Shown here piece by piece: positions 1 to 13,789 of a stretch of DNA of 64,000 nucleotides. The translations under genes and the position numbers were made by a program. The stretch covers positions 21,018,001 through 21,082,000 of the forward strand of contig NC_086112.1 in assembly GCF_963921235.1 (NCBI RefSeq). The letters run 5' to 3'. Positions within the stretch are counted from its first letter, which is position 1. Every line of letters begins with the position of its first letter. The notes below the pieces were generated by a model, which worked only from the letters and a program-made list of their open reading frames with translations, made no database searches and had not been told where the DNA came from. The DNA comes from Mobula hypostoma (lineage: Eukaryota).

Positions 1-262
1 GCTCTTGGTGAGGTCACCCATGTCAAAGAGGTCAAAGGGTCCAGGTTCGAGAGTTCAGCTCAGGGCTAAGAACCCTGACTGGCAAAACAAAATAGTTATT
101 GAAACAGCAACGAAGAATCCTACATCAGAGTGCGGCTCTATTCCGGAGTCTCCAGCCGGGACCTGCCTGACTGACAGTAGTAAAAGCCCAGTGGAAGCCA
201 TGAACACTACCAGAGATGAAGGACCTTCATTGCTGCCCCAAACACCAGAGGCGTAACGGGCA
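1..262 (+). mobile_element. RTE-type non-autonomous retroelement / SINE-like 3' fragment
   Basis: End motif GGACCTTCATTGCTGCCCCAAACACCAGAGGCGTAACGGGC resembles RTE-derived tails (from memory). Confidence 0.35.
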
Positions 263-884
263 AACGAGAAAAGATATACACAATAGTGGAAATTCTTAAA
301 TTGCTGAGATTAATCTGCCACTGCGAAGCATGCTGAGATCCTGCTACTCTGCTGGTCTCCTGATACTCTTGCTCTGTTCTTTCTTAATTTTCTCCTCCTG
401 ACCAGCTTGCGTTTCTTGGTTAATTGAAAGGAGGAAGCCAGAAGGGCTGGGCTGTTGTAAGGAAAGGGACTTCATCGAAGGTAAATGATTGCACCATCTG
501 TCGACTACAAATCAGATAAGATGGTGGGTTGAGAGGCCAGAAAGGGGGTTAAGTACAAAGATAGCATTATCTTCGATCACCACAGTACCGCCACTGAGCA
601 CCATCCAGTGGCACCTGCTCTGGTTGTGATGGTCACTGTCGCTCCATGAAAATCAGGTCAGGAAGCCAAAATTGCTTCCTGAGAATGAATTGCTGCTATA
701 AGCAATAACATGCTATTTGGTTCAACAGGGAAGTGCATCAGTGAATGCTGCTCAGTGTATTTAATGCTGTACTTGACCTGCAAGCGGTGTACAGAAGCTG
801 TACAATTTGAGGTGAAGTGCGTGGCGATGCCAAGTCTGTGAAGGTCTGTGGGACCTCGGAATAATTCTTATTTAGAAGCATGCG

Positions 885-1500
885 AAGATTCAGCATGTCA
901 TCTCAAACTCTTGCAAACTTCTATAGATGCACAGTGGAAAGTATACTGACTGGCTGCATCGCGGCCTGCTATGGAAATACCAATGCTTTTGAACAGAAAA
1001 GCCTACAAAGGAGTAATGGATACAGCCCAGCCAGTCTGTATCCACATCCACACCACTGAGCACATTTGCATGGAGCGTTGGCACAGGAGAACAACATCCA
1101 TCATCAAGGATCTCCATCGTTCAGGTCATGGTCTCTTCTCGCTGCTGCCATCAGAAAGGAGGCACAGGAGCCTCAGGACCCACAGCACCAGGTTTAGGAA
1201 CACATAATGCCCCCCAACCATTAGACTCCTGAGCCAGAGTGAATAACTTTGAACACCGAACTTATTCCACCACCTATGACTCGCTTTCAAGGACTCTACA
1301 ATTCATATTCTCAATATTTATGACTTCTTTATTTATTGATATTATTTTTTTCCCTGTTTTGTAGTATTTGCACAATTTGTCCTTTGCACATTGGTCATTT
1401 GTCCGTCTTTGTGTGCAGTTTTTCACTGATTTTATTGTGTCCCTTTGCATTTACTGTGACTACCCACAAGAAAATGAATCACAGGATAGTATACGGTGAC
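885..1500 (+). mobile_element. Rex1/Babar-type LINE 3' fragment
   Basis: Degenerate CTVESILTGCI..., SIIKDLHRSGHGLFSLLPSERRHRSLRTHSTRFRN C-terminal motifs followed by a T-rich 3' UTR. Confidence 0.7.
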
Positions 1501-1559
1501 ACTTAGAACATTAAGTAGTTGGTGAGTCCCAGAAATAAGGAGCTTGATGCTGGATGTCT

Positions 1560-2140
1560 GATAGAACATAGAACATAACTGAACAGTATAGGCTTTTCAG
1601 CCCATGACACTGTGCCAAATTTTTAATCTATTAACGTCAATCTAACCCTTCCTTCCTCCATAGCCCTCCATTTTTCTATCATCCATGTGACTATCTAAGA
1701 GTTTTTTTAAATGCCCTTAATGTATCTGCCTCCCTCACCACCCCTGACAGGGTATTCTACGCACCCCCCCATTCTCTGTGTAAAGAACTTAGCTCTGACA
1801 TCCCCCTATACTTACCTCCAATCACCTTAAAATTATGCCCCTCATATTAGCCATTTCCATCCCCCTGACTACCCACTTGATCTTTGCCTCGTGTACTTCT
1901 CTTGTTGGTCATCTCTGTTCTAAAGAGAAATGCCCTAGCTCACTCTATCTACCTTCATAAGACATGCCATCGAGTCCAGGCAGCATCCCAGAAAAATCTT
2001 CCCAGCACCCTCTCTATGCTTCCACATCCTTCCTATAATGAGGTGACCAGAACTGGACACAATACTCCGTGTTGTCCACCAGGGGTTTTATAGAGCAGCA
2101 ATATTACCATGCGGCTCTTGAACTCAATCCACTGACTAAC
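1560..2140 (-). mobile_element. CR1 LINE 3' fragment
   Basis: (ATAGAAC)n tail on the + strand; antisense encodes degenerate EYCVQFWSPHYRKDVEA motifs. Confidence 0.75.
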
Positions 2141-4920
2141 AAGACCATCGGAAATAGGAGCAGAATTAGGCCATTCAGCCCATCGAGCCTGCTCTATTTT
2201 TCCATCATGACTGATTTATTATCCCTCTCAATCCCATTCTCCTGCCTCATCTCCCGTGTTCTTTGATGCCCTGACTAATCAAGAACCAATCAACCTCATC
2301 TTTAAATATTCTCAATGACTTGGCCTCCATAGTTGTCTGTGGCAATGAATTCCACAGTTTCACTATCACTAAAGAAACGCATCCTAATCACTGTTTTGAA
2401 TGAACATTCCTCGATTCTGAAGCTGTGCTTTCTGGCTCTAGACTCACTCACTACAGGGAAAATCCTCCCCACATCCACTCTATCCAGACCTTTTAATAGT
2501 CAATAAGTTTCAACGAAATCTCCCCTCATTCTTCTAAGCCAGAGAATACAGGCCCAGAGCAATCACACGCTCCTCATATATCAACCCTTACAGTCCAGGA
2601 ATCATTCTTGTAAACCTTCTCTGGACCCTCTCCAATGCCCGCACATCTTTTTTTAGATGAAGGGCCCAAAACTGCTCACAGTATTCCAAGTATGGTCTGA
2701 CCAGTGCCTTACAAAGCCTCAGCATAGCATTCTTGCTCATATGTTCTAGTCCTCTCGAAATTAAGGCTAACTTCGCATTTATCTTCCTTACAACCAACTC
2801 AACTGGCAAGTTAACCTTTCGGGAATCCTACACAAGGACTCCCAAGTCCCTTTGCACCTCTGATTTTTGTATTTTCTTCCCATTTCGTGTAAGGTCTATA
2901 CTTTTATTCCTTCTGCCAAAGTGCATAGCCATACATTTCCCATCAGCCACTTCTTTGCCCATTCTTTCTATCTGTCTCAGCTTTTCCACATACTCTCTGC
3001 TTCCTCAATACTACCTGCCCCCCACCTTCTTCGTATCATCTGCAATACTGCCCATGAAGCCATCAATTGTACCATCCAAATCATTGACATATAATGTGAA
3101 AAAAAATGGTCCCAACACCTATCTCTGTAGAACACCACTAGTCACCGCAGCCAACTGGAAAAGGTTCCCTTTATTCCCTTTGTTTGCCTTCTGCTAGTCA
3201 GCCAATCTCCTATTCATGTCAGTGTCTTTCCTTTAACACTATGGGCTCTTATGTTGTTAAGCAGCCTCATGGACAATACCATATCAAAGGCCTTCTGAAA
3301 ATCCAAGTAAACAACATCCACTGGCTCTCTCTTGTCTATCTTGCCTGTTATTTCCTTAAAGAATTCCAACATGTTTGTCAATCAAGATTTCCTCTTAAGG
3401 AAACCATGCTGACTTTGGCCTATAAGTACCCTGCAACCTCACCCTTAATAATGGACTCCAGTATCTTCCCAACAACTAAAGTAGGCTAACTGGCCTATAA
3501 TTTCCTTTCTTCTGCATCCCTCCTTTCTTAAAGAGTGGAGTGTCGTTTGCAATGTTCCAGTCCTCCAGAACAATTCCAGAACCTAGTGATTTTTGAAATA
3601 CCATTACTATGGCCTCCACAATCTCTTCAGCTACTTCTTTCAGAACCCTGGGGTGTAGTCCATCTGGTCCAAGTGATTTATCTATCTTCAGACGTTTCAG
3701 ATTTCCAAGCACTTTCTCCTTAGTCATAGCAACAACACTCAATCCTACCCCGGCACACTGGAATTTCTGGCATACTACTACTGTCTTCCACAGTGAAGGC
3801 TGGCGCAAAATACTAATCATGTTCATCCGCCATTTCTTTGTCCTCTATTACAGTACTACTTCTGCAGTGTCATTTTCCAGTGGTATAATATCCACACCCG
3901 CCTCTCTCTTACTCTTTATATATTTGAAAAATCTTTTGCTATCCTCTTTTATATTTTTGGCTTGCTTACCTTCATATTTCTTTTTTTTCTCCTTGTGGCT
4001 TTTTATTATTTGCCTCTTGTAGGTCTTCATAAATTTCCCAATCCTCTAACTTCCCACTCATTTTTGCTATATTATATGCCCTCTCTTTTCATTTTGTGCT
4101 GTCTTTGACTTCCCTTGTCAGCCACGATTGTCTCATTCTCCCTTTAGAATACTTCTTCATCTTTGGGATGTATCTGTCCTGCACTTTCCAAATTGCCTCC
4201 TGAAACTCCAGCCATTGCTATTCTGCCTTCATCCCTGTTAGTGCTGCCTTCCAAAAAACCTTGGTTAGTTCATTGCTCATGCCTCTGAAATTCCCTTTGT
4301 TCTACTGTAATACTGATATATCTGAATTTGTCTTCTCCCTCTCAAACTGCACGGTGAATTCAATCATATCATGATCACTGTCTCTGAATGATTCCTTTAC
4401 CTTAAGCTCCCTAATCAAATCTGGCTCATTACACAACACCCAATCCAGAACTGACTTTCTCCTAGTGAGCTCAACCAAAAGTTGCTCTAAAAAGCCATCT
4501 TGTAGGCGTTCTACAAATTCCCTATCTTAGGATCCAGCACCAACCTGATTTTCCTAATTTATCTGCATATTAAAATTCCCCAACACGACAGTAACAATAC
4601 CCTTTTTTCACATCTTTTCTATCTCCCACTGTAATTTGTATCCCACATCCCAGCTACTATTTGGAGACCTCTAAGTACTGTAACTCCCATCAGGGTATTT
4701 TTATTCCTGCAGTTCCTTAACTCTACCCACAAGGGTTCTACATCTTCCAATCCCATGTCACCTCTTTCTAAGGATTTAATTTAAATTTTTACCAACAGAA
4801 CCACAACACCCCCTCTGCCTACCTGCCTGTCCTTTCGAAACAAGGTGTGTCCTTGGATGTTCAGCTCCTAGCTATAATCTTCTTTCAGTGATTCCCATGT
4901 CATACCTGCCAGTCTCTAAT
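2141..4920 (-). mobile_element. Degenerate CR1 LINE (ORF2 endonuclease/RT remnants)
   Basis: Minus-strand ORFs KSLGPDGLHPRVLKE...GNYRPVSL, SKRFFKYIKSK and LEYCEQFW...LERVQRRFTRMIPGL, with many frameshifts. Confidence 0.9.
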
Positions 4921-5264
4921 GAAGGCCAATGCACTATACGCCTTCTTAACAACCTTATTAATGCATGGTAAGGGTGTTTACAACTTCCTAGTACCCTTTG
5001 AAAAAGCCATTGCTCTCACCTTGAATCTCCTTCAATGTTTCCAGATCAGGTTTTGATGATGTCTCGAGCATTCCCTGTGGTAATAGTACAGCCCCCAGTT
5101 AAGTGATGTGATCTGCATTTTAGTGCAGGCATTCCAGTTTTAGCATTAAATGGCACTAACCAAAGAACTTGACCTCTGTTGGGCCTGGCAACCAGAGATA
5201 AGTACAATTAGCACAGGCTACATGAGCTATCACCACACAGATAGCTGTCAAGTTTAGGAACAGT

Positions 5265-5435
5265 GTAGGGGTGTCTCTGACAGGAGGGCACAGCCTCAGA
5301 ATACACGGACTTACCTTTAGAACAGAGATGAGGAGAAATTTCTTTAACCAGAGGGTAATAAATCTGTGGATTTCATTGCCACAGATGACAGTGGAGGACA
5401 AGTCATTGGGTATATTTAAAACAGAGATTGATAGC
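5265..5435 (+). mobile_element. CR1 3' fragment
   Basis: GHSLRI..FRTEMRRNFFNQRVINLW..LP motif. Confidence 0.75.
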
Positions 5436-5619
5436 CTTATGGTCTTAGGCACACTGGTTAACTTTGCAACCACGTGCCCATTTTCAGGGACAAAAACATT
5501 TCCTCATAAAATTTACATAATTTTTTCTTAGCAACTTACAACCAATATTACTTAAAAGAATATATAGTAATACTGAAAAAGTTGTTTTTAATCGTGAATC
5601 CCAGGCAAAGGCAGGAGGA

Positions 5620-6232
5620 GAGAGAAGCAGTGCGCCGCACGTGCGCAGCCCTCCGATGAAAAATGATATCATATCTCTTAAATAGGGGCCGTGGACAATT
5701 CTGATTTGATGAAGATGGACGTGAAAACACAAAGGAACATCTGGGAAAATTTCTGAAACGCTCATTCGATGCAGTTGTTACTGCGCAGTCAGGAATCTTT
5801 TGGAGGGAAGGCCTCAAAATCCCCGGCTTTGCCTGCTGTTGGCGACCGAGATGGAAGTCGAATCGTTCGGATAGAGATGGCGCTCAGCACTCAGTGTCGG
5901 AGAGCTGATCAGAGCTCGAAGTTTTCAGATGACTCAGAGTCGGACCGTGGTCGGGTATGGCAGGGAGAGTTTTTCTTCCTTCTCTCCGTCTGTGTGAGAT
6001 GTGAGACATTTGAGAGACTTTGAACTTTTACTGTGCTCATGGACTTCTTCATCAAGTTATGGTATTGTTGCACTGTTGTAACTATATGTTATAATTATGT
6101 GGTTTTGTTAGTTTTTTTCAATCTTGGTTTGTCCTGTGTTTTGTGATAGCACACCGAAGGAAATATTGTATCATTTCTTAATGCATGCATTACTAAATGA
6201 CAATAAGAGAGGACAGCGTGTCTTCATAATCT
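5620..6232 (+). mobile_element. Non-autonomous retroelement (same family as 60785-61467)
   Basis: Shares AGGGGCCGTG(G/C)ACAATTCTGATTTG and the 3' ...AAATGACAATAA...CATAATCTAA end with the copy at 60785. Confidence 0.65.
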
Positions 6233-7104
6233 AAAGCCAACCAAATTCCTTTAGTATCAGGCAAATCCAGTTCTGAAACTAAACCTTCCTCCATTCTGTT
6301 GGGACAGGCTAATCGCAATAAAAAACAACTCCTCACCAACACAGTTGAGATGAAATTATTCTGCTTTTTTTTAAAACCTGCTGCTAATTCAGTCCATGAC
6401 GGATGTGAGAGATTATTATATCTCATCTTCCTGTCTTTGCTGCATCTGTAACAAATTATAATTTTTTTTCTCTGAAACGGTAGACTATTTCTCGCTACAG
6501 ATTTATAAGGATATTTTCTGCTTTGTGGGATTTGTTTTCAAATGCAGACAAACTGGACCTCTTACAAACTGTTACTTCTGGTTTTACTTAAATACACTTT
6601 ACACGGAAATTAGGGAATAATTAAATCTAAAAGTCCCCTATCACTAGTTACTTTCAAAGAAATAGTTGCAATGAATAACAATTAACTTTTTTTGTTAGAG
6701 GACAAATTGAAACATATCATTGGGTGGCACTGGGAATAGCTATTGCCACCAGGATGAAACATCAGATTTTCATAAATACCAATTTCCTGTGGCTTCAGGC
6801 AATTACAGCTCCAAAGCAGCAGTGAATTAATCAGATTCTCAATTCTTGCTGCACTCTGATAGGACAGAGCAGCAGGAATCAAAGACCCCTCCTCAGGAGG
6901 GGAAACCAACCCTGAAACAAAGGTTCCACTCAAACTTCTACAAGTACAAAATAAAAACAAACTTGCATCATTTCCCATTCATCGTAGTACCCACCACACT
7001 CTCTCCAGTATTACCAGACCATGTACTTGACCACAGAAGAAAGGTAACAAATCAGGACATTTTCATTCACATTCTACGCATCCCATAATTTTCCATGGAT
7101 GGTT

Positions 7105-7159
7105 TTAACCAAGCCTGCAGCTAGCATAAACAGCTTCGCTGAGCATAGTTAATCGTTGC
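7105..7159 (-). pseudogene. Terminal coding exon remnant I
   Basis: Strong acceptor TTCTTTCTATTTGATTTCTAG|; in phase 2 it reads QRLTMLSEAVYASCRLG then TAA, matching the phase-2 end of exon H. Confidence 0.55.
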
Positions 7160-7614
7160 CTAGAAATCAAATAGAAAGAACAATGGGAATTCATTTCTCC
7201 AAATTAACACCAATCAATCTTCATCAAATTATTAACTAGTCAGCAAACTGTTTCCCGATTGTTTCCTAGCTGTGTTCAATGTTCTCAAGGTGAAGTACAT
7301 AATCACCTACATTGTAATTGATTTAATTTCAGTAAGAGCTGTTCACACACAGCTAAAACTTCAAACGAGGTGTCCTGCAGTAAAGACACAGCAACCATCA
7401 AAGAAAATCATTGTTCACAATATTAAATGTTCACTATTGTTTTATTGAATATTTCCTTCTCAACGTTGGCAATTTCGTTGCCATAATAATGAGTAATGAG
7501 TTTTGATTTTCTGTTATTCTCTGATATGTGAAGGTCTGTTTTTCTGGTGTTGATTCAGTAATATCAATGACACTGCATTTTAACTTAAGGCCTATATAAC
7601 TCTGTCCTCCAAAT

Positions 7615-8103
7615 TTCAAGATTCTTTAATGTCCTTTCCAGTCCACAACTGTAATGTAATTGTTATTCTGGATCTGATGCAGCACAAAAATACACAGTAA
7701 GATAAAGAACACAATAACAAAAAAAAACACAACAAATATAAACTTATATAGCTTATATACATAAATTGATTATCCATAAAGTGACACTAGGTACAGAAGT
7801 ATCTGTACATAAAGTGACTGACAGGTAATGATAAAGTAGTGGTGGTAGGGGTTGTGCTGGGATGATCAGCCTTCCTGCTTGAGGAAAATAACTGTTTTTG
7901 AGTCTGGTGATCCTGACATGGATGCTATGTAGCCTCATCCCTGATGGGAATGGACAAACAGTCCCTTCAAGATGTTACTGGCCCTTTTCCAACACCATTC
8001 TTTATAAATGTCCTTGATGGTGGGTAGGTTGGTTCCAGTGATGCTTTGGGCAGTTTTGACTACTCATTGTAGGGCCTTCCTGTCCACTGCAGTGCAGTCT
8101 CCA
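7615..8103 (-). mobile_element. Rex1/Babar-type LINE 3' fragment
   Basis: RLHSIHVRITRLKNSYFPQAGRL motif on the minus strand. Confidence 0.65.
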
Positions 8104-8721
8104 TATATTTATTATCAATAAATTATACTTATTTTTATAATTAAGTGTTTCTTCTCCAGTTACAAAGCTTTTATTTTGATAATACCTTTGATTTCAATGG
8201 CCTGACATTTTGAATGGATTGATGTTTGGGAAGCTAGACAATCTGAATTCACTTCTGATTGAACGAGAGTCTATATCATTTGCATTCCTAGTATGCTATT
8301 CTCACAAGTCTTCACACAAGCTACTTGTTCAATGTAAAGCTACTGCAGTACTTGAGGGTGGAAGACTGCTCCAGTCTGCACTGCCACAACTACTCTGTGT
8401 TAGTTCTAGAGTAGCCACGACGGGAGGACTACAGGAGGATGTTCTGTTCCAGCCACAAAACTCTTAGCAGCAGTAAACTCCAAAGCCACAAAGACATGAC
8501 TCATACACTTGGGTACACTTTTACAGCTACTCGTTAAGGCAAATACCTAATCAATCATGTGGCAGCAACTCAAAGCATAGAAGCATGCAGACATGGTCAA
8601 GTTGTTGTTCAGGTCAAATATCAGAATTGGAAAAAAGAAGATCTAAATAACCTTGACCATGGAATAATTATTGGTACCAGGTGGGGTGGTTTGAGTATAA
8701 GAAAATTTGCTGGTATCCTGC
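7843..8721 (+). repeat. Inverted duplication, arm 1 (partner ~17160-18100)
   Basis: Colinear reverse-complement match spanning a LINE piece, ~400 bp of non-repeat-looking DNA and a Tc1 MITE start, e.g. CACACAAGCTACTTGTTCAATGTAAAGCTACTGCAG. Confidence 0.9.
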
Positions 8722-9046
8722 GATTTTCATGCACAACATTCTCTAGAGTTTACAGACAATGGTGCAAAAAACACTAAACATCTAGTGATCAGCAGTTTTG
8801 TGGATGAAAATGCCTTGTTAATGAGAGATATCAGAGGAGACTAGCCAGACTGGTTCAAGCTGACAGGAAGGTGACAGTGACGCTAATAACTACACATTAC
8901 AACAGTAGTGTGTAGAACAGCATCTCTGAATGCACAACACTTCAAACCTTAAGGTAGATGGGCTCCAGCAGCTGAAGACCATGAACATACACTCAATGGC
9001 CACTTTATTAGGTACAGTAGGTACTCAATAAAGTAGCCACTAAGTG
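8506..9046 (+). mobile_element. Tc1-like non-autonomous DNA transposon
   Basis: TA flanks; transposase N-terminal HTH remnant KKEDLNNLDHGIIIGTRWGGLSIRKFAGILRFSCTTFSRVYRQW; same family as 33811, 38008 and 52916. Confidence 0.75.
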
Positions 9047-9199
9047 TAGATTAGGTTTGTAACTGTGTAAACCTGCAGAACACCAGTCTGAATTTCCACT
9101 GCAGCCCATCTTTTAGAGGTGATTTAAGAGTGAAATGCTTGGGCATCAAAGCACCATTAGGCCAAGAGTGACATCTTGGGGAAAACACTCCAGTGATTA

Positions 9200-9660
9200 G
9201 AATCAAGGAAGATTTGGAGATCACTCTTCCAGGACTTCCTCAGGGAAGTGTCCTAGACCCAACAAACATTTGCTGCTTCATCAATAACCTTCACTTCATC
9301 AAAAGGTCAGAAGTGGGGATGTCTGCTGATGATTACATGATGTGCAGTTCTTCTCTCAACTCCTCAGGAAAAGATGCAGCATTGAGCCACATTGCAACAA
9401 GATCTTGACAACAATTAAGCACGGGCTGACCGATGGCAGGAGATTACCCTTTCCTTATAGAGAAAGTCTCAACATCTACCTTTGATTTGCAATGGCAGTA
9501 CCATTGATGAATCTCTATGATCAATATCCCTGTATCTCTGCTGGCTAGAAATTTAACCCAGCAAGCTGCATAAATTCAATATCTAGAAGATCAGGAGAAA
9601 TTGGGTATCCTTGGCAAGCTATTCACCTCCTAATACACCAAATATTTTCACCATCCACAG
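9200..9660 (+). mobile_element. Old CR1/L2-clade RT remnant
   Basis: GLPQGSVLDP...FINNL...SADD motifs in ORF 9193-9408. Confidence 0.6.
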
Positions 9661-9852
9661 GAAACAAGTTCAAAGATCCAAAGTACATTTATTATCAAAC
9701 TAAGTATGAAGTATACAACCCTGAGAATCATCTTCCTACAGACTGCCATGAAACAAAGAAAATCAAAGGAAAACATCAAGCCCCCAATGTACAAAAAAAA
9801 AGAACAAATTGTGTAAATGGCAAAAAATTAGTGAAAAACACAGTATTTAAAG

Positions 9853-10051
9853 CAGGGGTCCCCAAACTTTTGCGCATCGTGGACCAGTTTAATATTGATG
9901 ATGTTCTTGCGGACCGGCCGACGGGGGGGAGGGGGGCGGGTTCAAGTTCACCAGTGCGTGACAGGGAATGAGGAAAGGTGCAGCTGACTCATATCATTTC
10001 ATATCGCCAAATCATATCATCTCCACGCGGCCCAGTGGTTGGGTACCACTG
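9853..10051. mobile_element. hAT (Charlie-like) MITE
   Basis: Imperfect TIRs CAGGGGTCCCCAA / TTGGGTACCACTG and a perfect 8-bp TSD ATTTAAAG (9845-9852, 10052-10059). Confidence 0.85.
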
Positions 10052-10163
10052 ATTTAAAGCATCAAACCACAAAGTCAATACTCCAGGAATGTTCAGTTCA
10101 TTTCAATCTAGCACTGTGTTGTTCGTTGACTGCAGGGCACAGAGCTAGTCCACCCCAATCAAA

Positions 10164-10536
10164 ATGAGAGGTGACCTGATAGAGGTGTACAAGATGATGA
10201 GAGGCAATGATCATGTGGATAGTCAGGGGCTATTTCCTAGGGCTGAAATGGTTGTCACAAGAGGGCACAGGTTTAAGGTGCTTGGGAGTAGATGCAGAGG
10301 AGATGTCAGGGGTAAGTTTTTTACTCAGAGAGTGGTGAGTGCGTGGAATGGGCTGCCAGCAACGGTGGTGGAGGAGGATACTATAGGGTCTTTTAAGAGA
10401 CTTTCAGATAGGTACATGGAGCTTAGAAAAATAGAGGGCTATGGGTAACCCTGGTAATTTCTAAGGTAGGGACATGTTTGGCACAACTTTGTGGGCCAAA
10501 GGGCCTGTATTGTGCTGTAGGTTTTCTATGTTTCTA
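10164..10536 (+). mobile_element. CR1 3' end (young, 5'-truncated)
   Basis: MRGDLIEVYKMMRG...FFTQRVVSAWNGLP followed by a TTCTATGTTTCTA tail. Confidence 0.9.
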
Positions 10537-11159
10537 AAATCACACAAAATAGCAACAAAAAAAAGGAGCAATCAGAAACCAGAGACACATCATAACATGA
10601 ATTACAGAGTCCAATCTACAGACTGCATTGATTAAACTTTGCCCAAGACCCAAGACTTTGGCACCATCCTCCAGCAGCGTCGAGCGAGAGGGTGAGAGAG
10701 GCCAATTGAATGCAGGTACCTTCCTCCGAGAGTAGTGAGTGAGAGCAAGAGAGAGACCGGTCACTCATAGACAGACAGCGCTGAACACCCGCACACCTTC
10801 CTCTCTCATCTTTGTTGATTTCGATCTTCCTCAATGCTCTAATCAGTGAGATTGGTGAGAAACGGAGCCGATCATAGGCTCACGCTCCAGCTCCAGGTTG
10901 CACACTTTGACTCGAACCCTCACCAAACTCCCTCAGAGACAGCAAAGCACCAGATCGCTTAATCGACCCGAGAACATACCATCAAACTGCATATCACAGA
11001 CTCCAATAGTAGCTGAATCATATTTGAAAGGAGTGGTAGCAAAGGAAGTAAATGTAAAATTTTGCGAACCGTCTTTAGTCGCAAAGTTAATCTCCCCTTG
11101 CTTGGACACGTGGAGCTCCAACAACATTTGTGACGGTCAACACCATCCAGGTCAAACTA

Positions 11160-11430
11160 GGCAGCAAGATAGTATAGTGGTTTGCTGGACATTATTACAG
11201 CGCCACCAGTGTCTATAAGGAGCTTGGACATTCTCCCCGTGTCCCTGTGGGATTTCTCTGGGTGCTCTCGATTCCTCCAGCTTTCCAAAGGTGAATGGTT
11301 AGGGTTAATGAATTGTGGGCATGCTGTGTTGGTGCCAGAAGCATGGCAAATCTTGTGGGCTGCTCAGCACAGTCCTCACTGATTTGCTTTGACACAAATG
11401 ATGCATTACACTTTGTGTTTCAGTGTACGT
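11160..11430 (+). mobile_element. V-SINE-like element (degenerate)
   Basis: V-domain-like CATTCTCCCCGTG...GGGTGCTCTCGATTCCTCC. Confidence 0.55.
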
Positions 11431-11554
11431 GTTAAATCCTAAAAATTCTGTCTGCATTACACCCACCTTAAACTATTTTTATTCCTTCATCAGAGGTATA
11501 GTGGCTGCAATGTATACAGTCTACAAAATATACTGCAGTTGTACACCCAGACTA

Positions 11555-11843
11555 TAATAAAAGCGTCTGTCAGTCTTGCGAAACCATGGATCTGCACCTG
11601 GAAAGTCTTCACTCTGGTATGGAAGACCGGCAGTTGCCCACGCTGCAAGTTTCCCCTCTCCACGACACCAATGTTGTCCAAGGGAAGGGCATTAGGACCC
11701 ATACAGCTTGGCACCAGTGTCGTTGCAGAGCACTGCGTGATTAAGTGCCTTGCTCAAGGACACAACACTCCGCTCCGGCTGGGGCTCAAACTCACGACCT
11801 TCAGATCGCTAGTCAAATGCCTTAGCCACTTGGCCACGTGCCC
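11555..11843 (-). mobile_element. tRNA-derived SINE
   Basis: A box TGGCCAAGTGG and B-box-like GTTTGAGCC; 12-bp TSD ACACCC(A/G)GACTA; head nearly identical to that of 49020-49287. Confidence 0.85.
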
Positions 11844-11954
11844 ACACCCGGACTACGCCGACAGCATCTCCTACAACCACAAACCTTCCCACCAAGGAGG
11901 ATAAGGGAAACAGCACCAGAGGAATGTCACCATCCTGATATGGGAATATATTCA

Positions 11955-12260
11955 AGTGACTCTGCAGGTGCTGGAAGTCTTAAGCAACACACACAGAATG
12001 TGCTGGAAGAACCCAGCAGGTCAGGCAGCATCCATGGAGAGGAATGAATAGTTGACATTGCGGGCCGAGACCCTTCATCAGGACTGGAGAGGAGGGGGAC
12101 AGAAGCCACAGCAAGAAGGTGGGGTGGAGGGGAAGGAGTGTGAGTTGGAAGGTGATATGTGAGACCGGGTGAGGGGACAGGTGCGTGGTTGGGAGAAAGA
12201 GTATAAACTGGCAGGCAATAGGTGAAGCTAGGTGAGGGGGAAGGTGGGTGGGTGACGCTG
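11955..12260 (-). mobile_element. Penelope pLTR-derived short element with degenerate hammerhead motif
   Basis: AGTC-CTGATGA-AGGGTCTCGGCCC-GCAA-TGTC-AACT; homologous to the termini of 35298-37524. Confidence 0.7.
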
Positions 12261-13789
12261 GGATGCCTCGTCAGCAGTTAGAGATGAAAAGAACAGGTAG
12301 AAGACCAGAGCGGGATGTCCACAGAAAGAAAATAAATTATTGGTCTTCATAATTGTTCAGTCTAAATGCTGAACTAATGTATCCACAAGCATTTTGAGAG
12401 TCCTTTCACTGGAAGGACTGCAGGGTTAATGAAGGCAGCTCACCACCACCACCCTCTCGAGAGCAACTATGAATTTGAGTGATGCACTGAAAATGAGTAA
12501 ATAAAAAAGATATAGCTCAGGTGTTAGATGGCTCCAGGTTGCTCTGCATTTGAGGCTGTGACCTCAGCCAGCAAGCTGAGCTGTAGGGATGTGGACATCA
12601 CTTGTATTATTGCCACTTACAGGCCCATCTTAATTAATTACAGACTCCGACTGGGCATAAGAGTCAATGACACTCATAATAATATGGGAGAACAGTAAGT
12701 TTTCCTCCCCTGAAAGATATTACTGAACCAGATGGGTCTGTAACCACAAGGCATTTGTTTTGTTTGTTAATTATTTAAGTTCAAATGCATCAGCTGTCAT
12801 ATTTGGATTTGAACACGTGTTCCTGGATCAGGGCTTCAAGTCTCTTGCTACTAGTCCAGTAACACATCACCCAAGAAATACATCGATGATGTAGGAGGAT
12901 TTCCAAGTGCCTTTAATAAAATAATCATCTCAGGTGTGATGAGATGTAACAGCAGGGAGCACATAACACAGTCACCTGCTAAAATAATATCTTTTTTTCT
13001 TTGTAACTACACACTATAAAACAGCAGCTTTGTTGATTGATCTTTTAAAATTAAGCCACTGCTTCATAACAGTACATAAAGATGGCAAAACTGTGGTGAA
13101 AGTTTAACACCATTTCTTTTGCTGCCATGACACAAGTGACGGGCAATATGTTGTATAATATGTTCTTGTCATTTGCCTCAAATTGTACCACACACTTCTT
13201 TAAACCAAAGTGGGATTTTGACAAGGCATGTAGAGAAAATTATGCCTGCTAGTCTTAAGCTCCAAATGAAGACATACATTTAATTCATCATCAGTAATAT
13301 AAAAGGAGAGGAGTCTCTCTTAATGCTTCAGACTGTCAGAATATGAACTGCTCTCTTGTAACAAAAGTGGTAGCTGCTCTAAAATAGCTTTCAAAAGGAA
13401 GTCTGTAATATTAATTGAGGAGTGAAAATAAACCTTCTTGGGGAAAAGACAACTAATGAGTTTAAGTGGCTTGTTCTGTCAAAGAGCTATAAGTAACAAA
13501 GAGCATAGAGTGAAATAAAAATGGTCTGAATTTTATAGAGAGAACTGGTTGTTTTCCTTGACAAGTTCAAAAGTTTTGGAATTGAGGTCCTAAGCCTTAT
13601 GGTTGTGCTCTGCCAAACTTTCTCGGCTGTCTTTCCATCAGTAGTGAAGCACGATCTTGCTGAGATTTCCTGTCACTGAGTTTCACAGGGATCTGTGCTG
13701 GACACTCAACTGTTTACAATCTATGTTGATAGAAGAACCAAGTAGTTAGATTTGCTGAGGATACAAAAACAGATGAGTTAACAAAACAA

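Noticed and set aside
8210-8467. ORF open in both arms of the inverted duplication
   Set aside because: The arms differ by many amino-acid changes and the frame breaks upstream in the second copy, which looks like neutral divergence.
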